A stretch of DNA of 64,000 nucleotides from Lama glama. Taxonomy: Eukaryota. The stretch is from the NCBI GenBank assembly GCA_028534125.1, contig CM052817.1, forward strand, positions 33,172,001 to 33,236,000. Reading direction: 5' to 3'. The translations under genes and the position numbers were made by a program. The first letter of the stretch is position 1, and each line of letters begins with the position of its first letter. Of this stretch, positions 1 to 12,995 are shown piece after piece. Under the pieces are notes generated by a model that was not told the origin of the DNA, did not search any database, and was given only the letters and a program-made list of their open reading frames with translations.

Positions 1-454
1 GTATTAAAATGAACATTATTTCTTTTCAAGCCGTTTTGGAGAATTTTTTTAAAGTTCTGTATGTAATAAAACCATGATACGTGTTAGAGTTATAAGGGCC
101 TAAATTTTTATTTCTATTTGTTCAGCATTTGCTACCCGATTCAATTGCCCAAAGATAAATTCAGTTAGACACTGTTAAAAAATAGTAAATTTAAAAGAAA
201 ACATGCAAAAATACTTAAGATTTAGCATTATGATCATTGTTGGGAGTGGTGGTTCTACCTTATTAATAAAACTTAGTTTTTATGACAATGTGAAGTAGCA
301 ATATCTAAATGAAGATTTTTCATTGTGTGTTGTGATTTAATTTTATTTTAAATTACATTGCAAAGGGTTTTAGATTTTATTGCTTACCTACGATTTGTAT
401 TATTTTTCAAAGATCTAATTAGCTCAAACTGAAGTGATTCAATTTTTGTTACAG

Positions 455-548
455 GAGATTGCCTGGGGCAATTGATGTTATTGGTCAGACTATAACTATC
501 AGCCGGGTAGAAGGAAGGCGACGGGCAAATGAAAACAGCAACATACAG
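455..548 (+). CDS. FIP1L1: FIP1L1 internal coding exon ([31 protein letters not shown])
   Basis: tttttgttacag acceptor, CAG|gtttag donor; 94 nt; translation matches recalled FIP1L1; ends phase 0, matching next exon. Confidence 0.93.
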
Positions 549-2251
549 GTTTAGTATTTTTAAAATTATTATTTTTTTTTAACTGAAGGAATGTATCTGT
601 GCTCTACATATATTCATAGCACTATGCTATGTGTTAGGTGCTACAAAGGGATTTAAAATGTGGAATCAATCATTTTGTTATTACAAAAGCTGTTCCATTT
701 AGAATTTGTAACCTTTGAATCTTTTTCAGTAAGATTTCCTTTTCCTTGCTGTAAATGTGATATATAGGCTCATTGGACTGAAAAAGGAAAATATGGGAAA
801 AGTTTAAAGGAGAAAATAAAACCATCAGTAATTCTGAAACTCTTAACGTTCTGGTAAATTGCTTCCTCGTCAGTGGGCAAGATTGGGATAGATACTACTG
901 TGATTATATTTTTGTGTATCCTTATTTTTTTTTAAATTTGAAATTATCATTTGCATTTTCCCACATTCTCAAAGTATGGTTTAAAATCTCATGATAGATT
1001 TATCACACGGCTTTCCGTAATTTATTTAATGTGACATATCTGGGGGAAGTAGATCTCCTTTTTTTCAAGTGAAAGAATGAAAGGGGGTGAGTTATTAGTA
1101 GCATGGATAATTGAAGTTTGAACTTGAATAACTGAGACTTCAAGCTATTAGCTTGATCACATGCTTTTCACTATTTTCTTTCTCTGAGTACTTTTAAAAA
1201 TGTCCAAAGTGTTTTTGATCCTTATTACCTTTAATAAATTAATCATGTAAAATGTTCTTTTTAGCATCTTTAAAGGTAAATTATTTCTAAAATGGAAGAT
1301 AATCCTCTTATTTCCTATCATTAAAAATGCCCCATCATTAAAATGCCATGATTTCTTAGAATAATTCTGTTTTTTACTTTAAAAAACTGCTTATCAGCAT
1401 AAGCCTTTCAAAAATTACTATGCTTAAATGTAGGAAAAGTTAATGAAAGGAGGAATTATATGTTTAAATGGTATGGCTTAGCCAGCAAGGATTTGAAAAG
1501 TATAAATTAAATACACAACATTATGTTGCCTGTTTTTGCTGTTTTTGTCAAACATGTTTGCACATCAGAATCCCTCAGGGAGCATGTCAGAAATCCAAAT
1601 TTCTAGGTGCCACTCTCCTGTAGGTTTGTTGTCTGTCCCTTACCTCTTCTCACAGATCAGTATTTTGTAAATATTTTTACGTTTTAAGTATAAATCCTTG
1701 TTCTTAAAGTTACAAGGCTCATGTGAAAAAGTTATTTATTTATCTGGCTGCCTGTTAACTTGCACCCTGCTGATGCATGCCTTCGCCTCTTTGTAACCTG
1801 GTGATGACAGGCCTTGGTACAGTGACTGTCTGGTTCTGCTGCCATGTTAATTTCTTAATGCTAGTATCTGTGACTAATGATTATATTGCCTTAATTTGAA
1901 TTTGGATAACAAAGATAATCTTCATTACATTTTATTTATGAAGTACTTGTTTCTTGTTTAGAATATTCTTAAATCCCTTAATTATTTCATAAGAATTTTA
2001 TTTGTAATGATTCGGTTTTTCCTAGGCTTTGAATATGAACATCTTAAAAAGTGGTGAGTGTATACTCTCATCTGTATCACACAGATGATACAGATGAGAG
2101 TATACACACATCACACACATAGAAAAGTTATTCCTGCCTCCCCAAGATAGGTTTGTGAAGAAAACTTACATTGAATGAAATTAATTTACTAAGTTTAATC
2201 TTAGATAGGAACATTTATTCATCTTTTTAATTAACTATGCTCTAATTTTAG

Positions 2252-2408
2252 GTCCTTTCTGAGAGATCTGCTACTGAAGTAGACAACAATTTTAGCAAAC
2301 CACCTCCATTTTTCCCTCCAGGAGCTCCTCCTACCCATCTTCCACCTCCTCCATTTCTTCCACCTCCTCCAACTGTCAGCACTGCTCCACCTCTGATTCC
2401 ACCACCAG
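2252..2408 (+). CDS. FIP1L1: FIP1L1 proline-rich exon ([27 protein letters not shown]...LIPPP)
   Basis: ttttag acceptor, CAG|gtaaat donor; 157 nt; phase 0 to phase 1. Confidence 0.95.
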
Positions 2409-4411
2409 GTAAATAGTAAATAAGACATTTGATTTTGAAAGAAAAATAATCCATGAGTGTTTTTAAAATTTTGAATTTAACAATTAAAATATATATTTGA
2501 AAATAGCATCTTTATTGATTGCAACGCATTAAAAGTAACAGGTATGAAATTTATTACATTATATTTTCAGTAGGTTCACACTGAAACAAAAGTATACATG
2601 TCTTATTATTTCAGAAAAGCAAAGAGACAGTGTACTAAAATAGAGAAGAATGGACAGATACTTAAATTGTAATCCAAAAATACGATAGTGATCCCCACAT
2701 TAAAGCTGCTAATTGTAATGTGTAAATCCACGTTGAATTGTAAACCATGTTACCTTGTTTTGAAAAAGTATTTAGATACTTGAAGAGTTGAGGAGGTCAG
2801 CAAATTATATCCTGTGCAGAGATTGAAATTAAAATCTCAGTCTGGTTGTCTTTCTTTGTATACTGGTTTCCTTTTAGGAGACTGTTTTGGGTGCCAGGTA
2901 CCTGGTATTTACTTCTATTTAACAAGACAGAAAATTAATGTCAATTTTTATCATATTCTTTGCCACTTTTGACTTTTTTATTAAAAACTAGATCAGTGGC
3001 AGGAAAAAAGTCACAAATAATCCCCAAATTTTATACTTTTCAACCTTTCATCTGATGGCCTTTGTTATTTTATTCCCAATAAGCTTTCAATATTTATACC
3101 TGTTAACCAGTTTTTAATGAAACTCACAGGATTGATTGAGGTAATAATTACTTTCTGCCTAGGAAGAATGCCAGTAGTAAATGTTATAAATAATCTGCTG
3201 GTCCTAACCAGAACTACATGTGCCACTTATGTTAAAATTTGCTTTCTATTAGTAAAATCAGTTTATATTAGAGAGCCTTGTCCACTTACTTTGCATTTGC
3301 AAGAGAGTTGTCTTTGTTTTCAGAGGTGGCAGTTGTGATCAGAGTACAGAGGGAATGAATAATCCTTCCCTGTAGTATTCATCACTGGCCTCTAAATTTT
3401 AGCTATTGCATCAGCCCCACAACCACACCTTTGATTTCCTTCCAGTATCACTTCTGCTTTCAAAAATAATAAGGAAACTTTGAAAAATGACTGTGGCTTT
3501 AGGGACTCTGTTGTCTCAAAAATAGATGAAAGAGAAGATTAGATAGTTTGAGTTGCTTACTCCAGACAACATTGTTTCTAAAGTTCAGTGAATTTCTTAT
3601 TCCAACAATAAATTACTTGTTCTGAAGCACAAACCATTCAGAAATTGTGATTGGGTATATGATTCTTGTCTCTTGAGTACGGTGAGAATTAAGTAAATGA
3701 AAAGGGAAAGTAATTATGACTTAGTGATGCATAAATGTGTCCTTTGTTCTATAAAAAAGATGTAGAAATAGTTAATTCTGAACATACCTGATTTAATGAG
3801 ACTAAAAGATGATCAATGTATGTGATAATAGTCTTTACACTAGATTGCTTTGTTATTTAAATTTTACTAACTACTAAAGGTGATTAAGAGGATTTTCTTA
3901 TTTACTAGCTAACATTTTATATATTTCAATACTTGCTGTTTGTTGAAGTAAGTGAGAGAGAAGTGGTATGAATTAATGATGAAAGAATAAATACCTCACT
4001 GGTGTAAGAATATTTAGAAGCTCTGTAGGATATTGATAGGCAACAGCATTATCTGGACGTGTGCCTCTTTTCAAAATGCTAAAAAATCTTTACAGTTCTT
4101 TGCCATATAACCTGTTTATAATGATAACAAATCTTTTAATAACGTTTAGATTATCTATGGCAGTATACTGTAGAGTACCACTGATTTTTTTTTTATTGCT
4201 TAAGCTATTTAATGTTAATTTTCAACTACATACTTTCCATATTTTAAATACCTGTTCAGATTTCCTTTGATGCCTATCCTTAGATTATAATTCCATGCTG
4301 TCCTGTCAGCATTTAAGGAGTACAAATCCAGATGAGTTTTAATGCTGGTTTAAGCAGTACCTAACTGTGGTATATTTGCTGGAGGTGGTGAGGGGGGAGA
4401 TAACAATTCAT

Positions 4412-4636
4412 GTTTTTTTTTAAACTTTTTTTTTATTGAGTTACAGTCATTTTACAATGTTGTATCAAATTCCAGTCTAGAGCACAATTTTTCAGTTATA
4501 TATGAACATATATACATTCATTGTCACATTCTCTTTCACTGTGAGCTACCACAAGATCCTGTATATATTTCCCTGTGCTACACAGTACAGTCTTGTTTGT
4601 TCTACATTTTGAAATCCCAGTTTGTCTCTTCCCACC
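4412..4636 (-). mobile_element. L1 3'-end fragment, lineage-specific family
   Basis: T-tract followed by sequence similar to 22707-23163 and to the reverse complement of the 3' end of 39461-40083. Confidence 0.8.
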
Positions 4637-4644
4637 AAAATTTT

Positions 4645-4770
4645 CTTAATGCGGTGGGGGGAGGTGATTAGGTGTACTTACTTATTTTTTAATGGAGGTA
4701 CTGGGAACTGAACCCAGGACCTCATGCATGGTAGGCGCACACTCTACCACTGAGCTAAACCCTTCCCCAG
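4645..4770 (-). mobile_element. tRNA-derived SINE (camelid vic-1-like)
   Basis: Reverse complement reads GGGGAAGGGTTTAGCTCAGTGGTAGAG...GTCCTGGGTTCAGTTCCCAG with A/B boxes; homologous to 46194-46322. Confidence 0.8.
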
Positions 4771-5482
4771 CAATTCATATTAAAACCAAATATTTGTCAG
4801 TTAAGACTGTCTGGATTAATCCTTATTTTTACTAGATTGTGAGCTGTTGGAGAGAACATAGGCTGTGTATTTCCATCTGTTTCCCCACAGTGCTAATCAC
4901 AGATGTCTTCTGTATACTTGACATTCTCTAAGTATGTTACCTAATTGAGTTCACAACATTTATGTATCCATAACACCAAAGAGATTTTTGGCTTGACAGT
5001 GGGTACAGTCAGACAGGCATTTATCAATCAGAATGGTCACTGATTTAAACAACAGTACGGCTACACAGATAAATAAACCAGTTGAATATAGACCTTGATT
5101 AAAGCCACATTTTCAGTTACCATTTACCACAGAATCCCATGATTACAGTATGTTCTGTAGAGTTTGCTGTAATTTAGATCACCTTAAGAATCAATAAGCA
5201 ACTAATGAAAGAAAGCTGTGGCTCAGGAGTCTGTAAGTATTGCTTTAAGTACTCCGTTTGTCTTAGAGAAACCTTGGAAAACCCTTTTGCTTTCTTTAGA
5301 AATGCTGAAAGGAAAAATGAAAAAAATCTTTGGAGAATTAATTTAAACATATTTTAATGTAGCCTTTGTTAACATTAGGTTTTAAATGCTTAAGTTTTTA
5401 AGGCTATAGTTCTGTATATGATAGAACAAATACAGCAATGATGTATTATGCCCTTATTTTGGAGTGTGATTTTTTTCATGAA

Positions 5483-5608
5483 TAGGGTGACCATATATCC
5501 AGATTTTCCTGGAACAGTCCTATTATAACTTTTAACCAAGCTTAATGATTATTACTTACTCTCAGAAATTCCCTGATGTGGAGGATAATAAAATATATGG
5601 TCAGCTCT
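5483..5608. mobile_element. Short hAT-Blackjack-like MITE (MER94/MER81-like)
   Basis: Terminal inverted repeats tagggtgaccatat ... atatggtcagctct. Confidence 0.5.
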
Positions 5609-6674
5609 TGGAAATTTTAAGTGTGGCTTATTGAATGAGTATACAGTTACTCCTTAGCAGTGATAAAGAGTGCTTCATTCAAGGGACTTTCATTGTCAAA
5701 TAGTTAGCAGAAAAGAAGCAATGTGTTGCTTCGTCTCACCTCAAACACACATCTACAACATACATGAAGCTTTATTAGTAACAGAAAGGATGAAGTTGTA
5801 TTTCTGGCCACGATAGATTTGTATGAAGAGCAGAGGAGGCCTTGTATTGGAGAGTACAATAAGCACATAAGGGACTTTGGTCCTACATTAACGTTGTGGC
5901 TTTTGAATGGAAAAGTATTTAATATAGTTCCTTGCCACCATACTAACAGTGTAACTTGAAAACAAACACTGGTTATTCAGGATCTTCCTTAACTTTCAGA
6001 AATGTTATTTTCATTTTCTAGTGAACCAGGGAATAGTTTCTGATGAATTAATTTTTTTCAGAAATTAGTATGGTTTCATGCTTTCTCTGAGCAATAATAG
6101 AAATAATAGCTAATATTTAATGAATGCTTATTATTGAAAACACTGTTCTGAACACATTTCACGTATTAAAATTCAATTTGATTCTCGACAACATCTGAGG
6201 CAGATATTATTCTGATTTTACATATGAGGAAACTGTGGCTTAAGAGACTTAAGTAATAGTTAGAAAGTTGCAGAACCAGAATTCTAACCTAGGCATTTTT
6301 GCTTGAATGCCTATTTTATTAACTATGTTGAAGTGAAGAAGTGAATCATTACCTACGTCAAGAAAGCTGCATTATTGAGTTATGTGTGTTCACCTCAATA
6401 ACATGGCTTAAAAGCTTTTTTTTTTTTTTAATTTCCTGATGTTGAAGTGCATGCATATATGTTTGTGGTTAAGGAAGTTAGGAAGGTTGTAAAGAGCAAG
6501 AATCACATTAAAAAAAAAACCAAACCGGTTAACTGAGGTTTTACTCTTTGCCTGATTAGTGTTAAGTCTGTTTACTGAATAAACCAGTTTTGAAATGCAT
6601 GTGTGTTGGAAGAAAAATTGTAAAATTGGAAGAATTGATGTTATGGAGTAGTTGACTGTGTGTGTGTGTGTATG

Positions 6675-6940
6675 TTTATGGTAAACTATACATAGTATTG
6701 ATCATTTTAACCATTTGTAAGTGTACAATTCAGTGGCATTACATACATTTACAGTGTTGTGTAACCATCACTATCTATACCTAAAACTTTTTCATCATTC
6801 ATAACAAAAACTGTGTACTCGTTAAACATACCTTTCTCCCTACCCCATCTTCTGGTGGCCTCTTTCTGTCTCTGTGAATTTGCCTATTCTTGGTACCGCG
6901 TATAAATGGAATCATATTTGTCCTTCTGTGTCTGGCTTAT
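6675..6940 (-). mobile_element. Old L1M 3'-end fragment
   Basis: gtgtacaattcagtggcatt...acagtgttgtgtaaccatcact...ggaatcatatttgtccttctgtgtctggctt, typical of antisense L1MA/MB ends. Confidence 0.65.
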
Positions 6941-7605
6941 ATCTGGTTTATTTAAATAAAATAATTAATAATTGTAAACAAGCTGTTTTAAAACTATGGT
7001 CAAACTATTATGTTTTATGGTAGACTTTTAATTTAGGCTTTTAAATGTTAATTTACTTTAGTGTCATATTTTATCTTCCTTTTTTAATAATGAAGTTTGT
7101 TGAACAAGACAAGGGAGATTCAATTTAACTTACTTCTTATTACCTTAATATTAAGCGTCATGTGGCTCTGGTTCTGTAAGCCTTGGGAACAATTGAAATC
7201 AAGCTCATGAGTTGAATTCTCCAAAGCTGAATAAGGCTTTTTGCTTTACTGAGATGTAGCTTAGTGAATGCAGAACACAGATAAGTCATCCCTGCTTTTA
7301 AAGTTGGATCTGGGGTTTAGCTGTTTATCTAGATTTCAAAATGTATAAAATTTTGTGTTTCAGAAGGAAGTACATTTCTTCCTAGAAGACTGTTGTTAGA
7401 TACATTAGTATCTTACTAGTCATCTAGTACTACAAATTATATGAGCTTAAAAATCTTATCTATTCCTTAAATACCTTGATTTTGAGTCATTGATGACACA
7501 TTGGGTTAGGGAGGAAAGCAGCTCAAGTCTGGAGTCTTTCTGCATTTCCTCTAGGGTCTGCATTGTCTTTAGATTATTTTCCTGTTAATAATCTGGTTTC
7601 TAGCA

Positions 7606-8130
7606 CAGCAACTATCAAACTTTTTGGTCACAGACCCCTTTAGACTCTTTTATTTAAAAGTTACCGCAGACCTGAAAGAGCTTTTGTTTATTTGTATTAT
7701 ATCTAATTTTCAGTAAAAAGTAAAACTGATAAATTAAAATATTATATTTCAAATATTTTTAGAGATACATAATAAGCCCATTATGTATTAATATTAAGAC
7801 AACATTTTTATGAAAAATAACTTAATTTTTCCAGAATAACCAAAGCCATTTAGTGCAAAGAATGGCCTTGTTGTACACTTTTGCAGCTCTCTTTACTGTG
7901 TGGCTTAAAAGAAAAAAAACCGGATTCTCTTATTTGCTTCTTCATTAATCTGTTGTGATTTCACATGTCATGTAGCCCCTGGAAAAAATTCATTGAGCAT
8001 TTGTAAGAGAATGAACGTGAAAATGGCAAATAACATTCTAGTGCTTTTATAAAAGGTTTGACCTTCCTGATTCCTAGAAGGGCCAGAGGGACCCCTTAGG
8101 AAGCTCCAGATAACACTTTGAGAACTGCTG
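7606..8130. mobile_element. hAT-Charlie-type DNA transposon remnant
   Basis: Degenerate TIRs cagcaactatcaaac ... ctttgagaactgctg. Confidence 0.55.
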
Positions 8131-9424
8131 ATTTGGCAGAATCATGGCTTGAATTGGATGAATATTATATGCACCCTTGAGGAAGTACTATTTTGTCCCT
8201 TTATTTGAGAAGCTATTCTGCGAATAACATTTATTAAGCTAATTTTATAGTTCCATGAAGAATTTTAATAGCAAATCTGCATATTAACTGATGCTGTTTG
8301 CCAAAAATGTAGACATTTCAGAAATGTATTTTCTAAAAGTACCTTTTGAAAAATAATTTCTTGAAGTTTTTGAGAACTGTACTCATTTTCTATTTTGTTG
8401 CATTTTCCTATATTAAAAAAAAACCCCAACAGTCTACCAGTGTTTTCAGTAAACTCAAAATAGGGAATAATGCTAATTATCTGTAATAAGCAGTATTTTT
8501 TGGCACAATTAAAATTAATTTAAATGTAAGTTTAATAGAAATTAAAAGCCTTTTTGGGATGTTGATTTTTGAATGTCTTTTTTCCCCAGAGATGCTCCCT
8601 TTATAAGAGTTATATTTTAATACACCATAGATGCTGTCTTTTATAGAATTTAATTATGGTTTAATATTTGGTTTTTGTTTGTGCTTGTCTTTCAGTTATT
8701 TTTCCATTAGATATGAGTTTATACAAATTAATTCCTTTACAAGTTATTTGTAAAAAATACTAATATTTCTATCAGAGATACTTTTATTTGTCTAACAGAA
8801 TGTTTTTCTGTAGGCTTTTAGATTATTTTATAAATTAGAGGATTAAGAGATCCTAATAAAGATAAAATAGTTTATCTGTGTTATAGTTAACATAAAATTA
8901 TCTTTTTTACTTTTTAGGTATGGAGTATGCTGGTAACTTTTTTTGTTGCTTTCAGTTTTGTGACTTAAGTACCTTTTAACATTTTTTTTCTTCAGAGTTA
9001 CTTCCGTCCCTTTTTATACCTTTGTGATTAATCATTGTACAGTTTTAAGAAATACTCTTATGGTATTCTACTGTTTATTTTTTTAAGGGTAGATGGCACA
9101 TGATGTGTGTGTATATATAATATTAAAAATACTGATATATAGAAAAGCATGTGGTGGATGGTAGTAGTATCTAAAGATTTTTATAAACCTTGACTTTTTG
9201 TACTCAGTTATTTTTGTGCAGAACTTACTTATGAGCTTGATGGCTTTAAAGTAGAAGTTGATGAGACTTAAGGAAAGTGATCAGACTTACCTATTTGTAA
9301 CATAGTAGTGTTGATGAAATTTGCAATTTCCAAGTGAGAAATAGGAAACATAGTTCACATAGTTCTCCTGTGCTTTTTTTTATTTCATTTGAACTTAATA
9401 GAGATATGATAGGTAGTTACTGTA

Positions 9425-9880
9425 TGTATCAGTTAGCTCTTGCTCCATAACAAATTACTGTAGAACATAATGGCTTAAAACAACATACATTTATTATTGA
9501 ACAGTGTTTGTGGGGGCAGCTTAGCTGGTCCTCTGCTTCAAGGGCTCTCACCGACTAAGATAATCACATCAAAAGTTTAACTAAGAAAGGACTCGTGACC
9601 TCTGTTGAAAAGATTGACTTCCTCTCCAACGTGGCAGCTTTCTTCAACAAAGCATGAATTCTGAGAACGCAGTAGAGGAAACCAGCAAAATAGATGTCAC
9701 TGTCTTTTGCAACCTGGGCATGGAAGTGCCATCCCATCATTTTTGCTGTATTTTGTTCATTAGAAGTAAGTCATTATATCCAGACCACACTCCAGAGGAA
9801 AATATAAGTATCAGAGGTATAAAAAGACATGAATACCACGAGGCAGGGATCACTGAAAGCCATGTCTGAGGCTGCCATCA
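9425..9880. mobile_element. MLT1-type (ERVL-MaLR) LTR remnant
   Basis: tgtatcagttagct...tggcttaaaacaacatacatttatta and atcccatcatttttgctgtattttgttcattagaagtaagtca motifs. Confidence 0.55.
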
Positions 9881-10321
9881 CGTAACTTTTTTGCCTTGAT
9901 TATTCAGAGTAACAATGGGATACACTGAGAATGAGTTCATAGATAGTTTTTATTCAGTTTTTTTAATTGAGTACAGAGCCTCTATTTTGTGAGAATTTTA
10001 AAAATATAGTTGAATTCCTTTTGATAAGACGTTTTGCAGGTCTGCTGCCTTTCTATGTCTTTGCTTCAGTTCCTTCAGTCCCCAAATAGGATTTCAGGCC
10101 CCCCAACCCCCATGCTTCTTTACATTTAAAAGTGTATTACACACTGGAAAAGTTAAATCCTGTTCTCTTTCTTTTGAAGACACCAGATAGTATAGGCTGT
10201 GATATAGCTGTGTTATTTTTTCAAAGTGTCACATGTTTTGTTTCATAAAAATTTCAAATGGAATTTATCTGTTCTGAATATTGAGGTGCTCAGCAGTGCG
10301 ATTAGAAGTTTGAATCTAATC

Positions 10322-10499
10322 CAGTGATTCTCAAAATATGTTATCAGGTCAGCAACATCATCTCCTTGTTAGGAATGTAAAATTCTCTACTCCACTCCAG
10401 ACCTACTGAATCAGCAGTTCAAGGGGAGGGGCCCAGCAGTCTGTGTTTTAACACATTCTCTGGGTGATTGTAATTGTTGCTAAAGTTTCAAAACCACTA
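10322..10499. mobile_element. MER5-like hAT MITE
   Basis: cagtgattctcaaa...ccagacctactgaatcag...ctgtgttttaaca...aagtttcaaaaccact. Confidence 0.65.
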
Positions 10500-12968
10500 A
10501 TCTATTCAGTCCCTTTAGAACTTGAATATTACTTTCCCAAAAGCTTTTGACCAGTACTAGAAATCTTACTTTTACTACTGTATGCAAAGCTTTCCAGGAA
10601 AACAAACATTTTTTTCCTACTCACTTTACAGATAAAGGATACGGAAAAGAAACACAATACTTGCCTTGTGTATTTCAAGTCTGTTGGCTGAACAGCACAT
10701 CTGTTGGTGGGGAAAGTTGGGAGTGTTGCTGAAGGAGAGGACAGGGAATTTTGAGATGAATCTTCTCTTTCCTTACACAGTTTCTCTTTTGTTAATGAAA
10801 GTCAAATACCGAATAGTGATTTTTTTTTTCAGATGAGAATTATGTTAGTCTAACATCACATTAAGCTTTCTTAGTTGCATTTTTAAAACACATTTGCTAA
10901 TTTTCCTAGAGTGGATTGTATAGTGTTTCATCAACTATGAAGTTCTGTTTCAGTAAACATTTGCCAATAAAAATTTGCATTGAAATATCTTAGATGAAAT
11001 AGAGATCTCACAACAAGGGCCCTTTCTGGTTTTCATGCCAACTTTCTGATGTGTAGATAATTGTTTGCAAAGAAGACATCTCTACCTGTCTGTGTAGCAT
11101 AGTTTTTCTTTTTGTTCTTAATTCCTTCCAGTTGATTTCTAAAAAATCTGTCCTATGATACTGTTGTAGGAAGATTGAAATTAAAAGCAGAATGTTTGTG
11201 ATTTTAACTACCTTTCATAGCATACTTAATAATTTGGTTATATCATTTATATTTATGTTTAGTGAAAGTTTGACAGTTTACATGTTTTGAGGACTAAATT
11301 TTGAGAGGGCTGACTAGTATTTTCTTAGTTATTTTACATGAATTCACATTGTAGTTAGCTGCAGTGATGCATGTTGCTCGTGTAGTTACTGAAGTAGTTA
11401 TTAGGATTATGGAGTGGGTTGCTGAATTTGGTATAGTTCTTTATCTTACACAACTGAGAAAATAGTCGTTTATTTAAATAGTTGTGAATTTAAATGTGAA
11501 AACTAGGTCACACAGTGAAGTTCAATAGTGCTATAAAAAAATCTATACTGTTCTAAAGAAAATCAAATGATAGTGGATATTAACAACATTTAATATGCTT
11601 TGCCTTCCTTAATTTCCCATTTAGTTTGGTGTCTGGGACTCTGCTAGTTTGTATTGTTTCCTGGATTCTTTAGCTTAGTTAAATAGGAAGCAGTGGGGTA
11701 CTTTAGGATGGATGGGAACTACCATGAAGTGTAGCTCATTTTCATAGACTTGTGGAGGCGTAATGATTTTTGAAACATGATGGCTGCCTTATATATCTTT
11801 TTCAGTCTTGTTGGTTTTATAAGTTTAGCATATCCTTTTATTGCAAGGGTGGTTAAATAAGGTGTTTCATTCTCCATTTTAAGGCCACTTGCCACTTTAA
11901 GATCTCTCTGTATAAACCTCTTATTCTGGGAAAACATGCATAGAAAATTTAAAATAAATTATTAGCAGATGTTTCCATTGACAAACATTTGAAAGCAATT
12001 TTTTTTCATTATCTTTTCCCATACATTTAGTTAATGAATTAGATTACTTTTTCCTCTTTGGGAATAATTTTGATGTAATTTTTAAGATTGGATTTAGTAA
12101 ACCATTCTGATTTTATTGAAGTTATTTATGGTATACAATTTTTCATGAAAAAGTTTTTTTTTTAATTTTCCTACTTAGAAATGTCATTTTAAATCTTCGT
12201 ACGAGAAATAATTTGCATGACATATAGATTTTAAATTAGGATTTAAGGGCACTTTTGACCAGTATAAATTGAGAATGTTTATACATAGTTTATTTCTTAA
12301 AGTTTATAATATGCAAATGAGTGAGAGTCACTCAAATTAGTATTTACTTCTTCTTCTATAGAAGTAAACTGTCCACATTTATCTTAGTGTGCCCTGGGGG
12401 TGTATATATATATGAATTGGCTATACCCCCATCTCTCTTCCCACAAATCAAGGGAAATAATAGCCTTTTCCTACTCCTATCAGTAATAGTAAAACAATTC
12501 AAATCAACACCTGAATGTCCCTCACAGCTTTACTAAAGCGAATATCCATCATCTTCAGAGTTACCTTGCACTACTTGCAGTATTGAGGAGCCCACAGTTC
12601 ACTTTCTTTATTAAACTGTTAAAATAACAAGATCAGACATTTATTATCAAACTTAGTGTTAATTTCATGGAGTTTGATATTTGTGTATGCACAAGTGTGC
12701 TTTTTTAACTAATGTCTCACTTTGTTTGTGATTACAACTAGTGGGGGAAGCCTTGTTATCAAGTTGTTAGACTGGGTTTTCATCAGGAAGTTGGATGTTA
12801 CACTTGAATTGTTGATCCTCTGCAAGAAAACAGAATGCTGCTTTTGAGTGAATAAGCCAGGAAATGAGGCGAGGGGTTTTATTTCAAAGTTTTCTTTGGT
12901 GATGGCATAAATACATAACAGGTTATGAAATCCATTTACTATATTAAATTTCATCACTTGTTTTTTAG

Positions 12969-12995
12969 GTATTCCAATAACTGTACCACCTCCAG
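12969..12995 (+). CDS. FIP1L1: FIP1L1 27-nt frame-preserving microexon (GIPITVPPP), likely alternative
   Basis: ttttttag|GTATTCCAATAACTGTACCACCTCCAG|gtaaaa; phase 1-1; matches a recalled FIP1L1 isoform insert. Confidence 0.85.

Noticed and set aside
2231..2454. Gly-rich and Trp/Arg-rich minus-strand ORFs
   Set aside because: Antisense shadows of the Pro-rich FIP1L1 exon
4645..4770. tRNA-like A/B boxes as a real tRNA gene
   Set aside because: SINE body and tail, second copy at 46194, TSDs present
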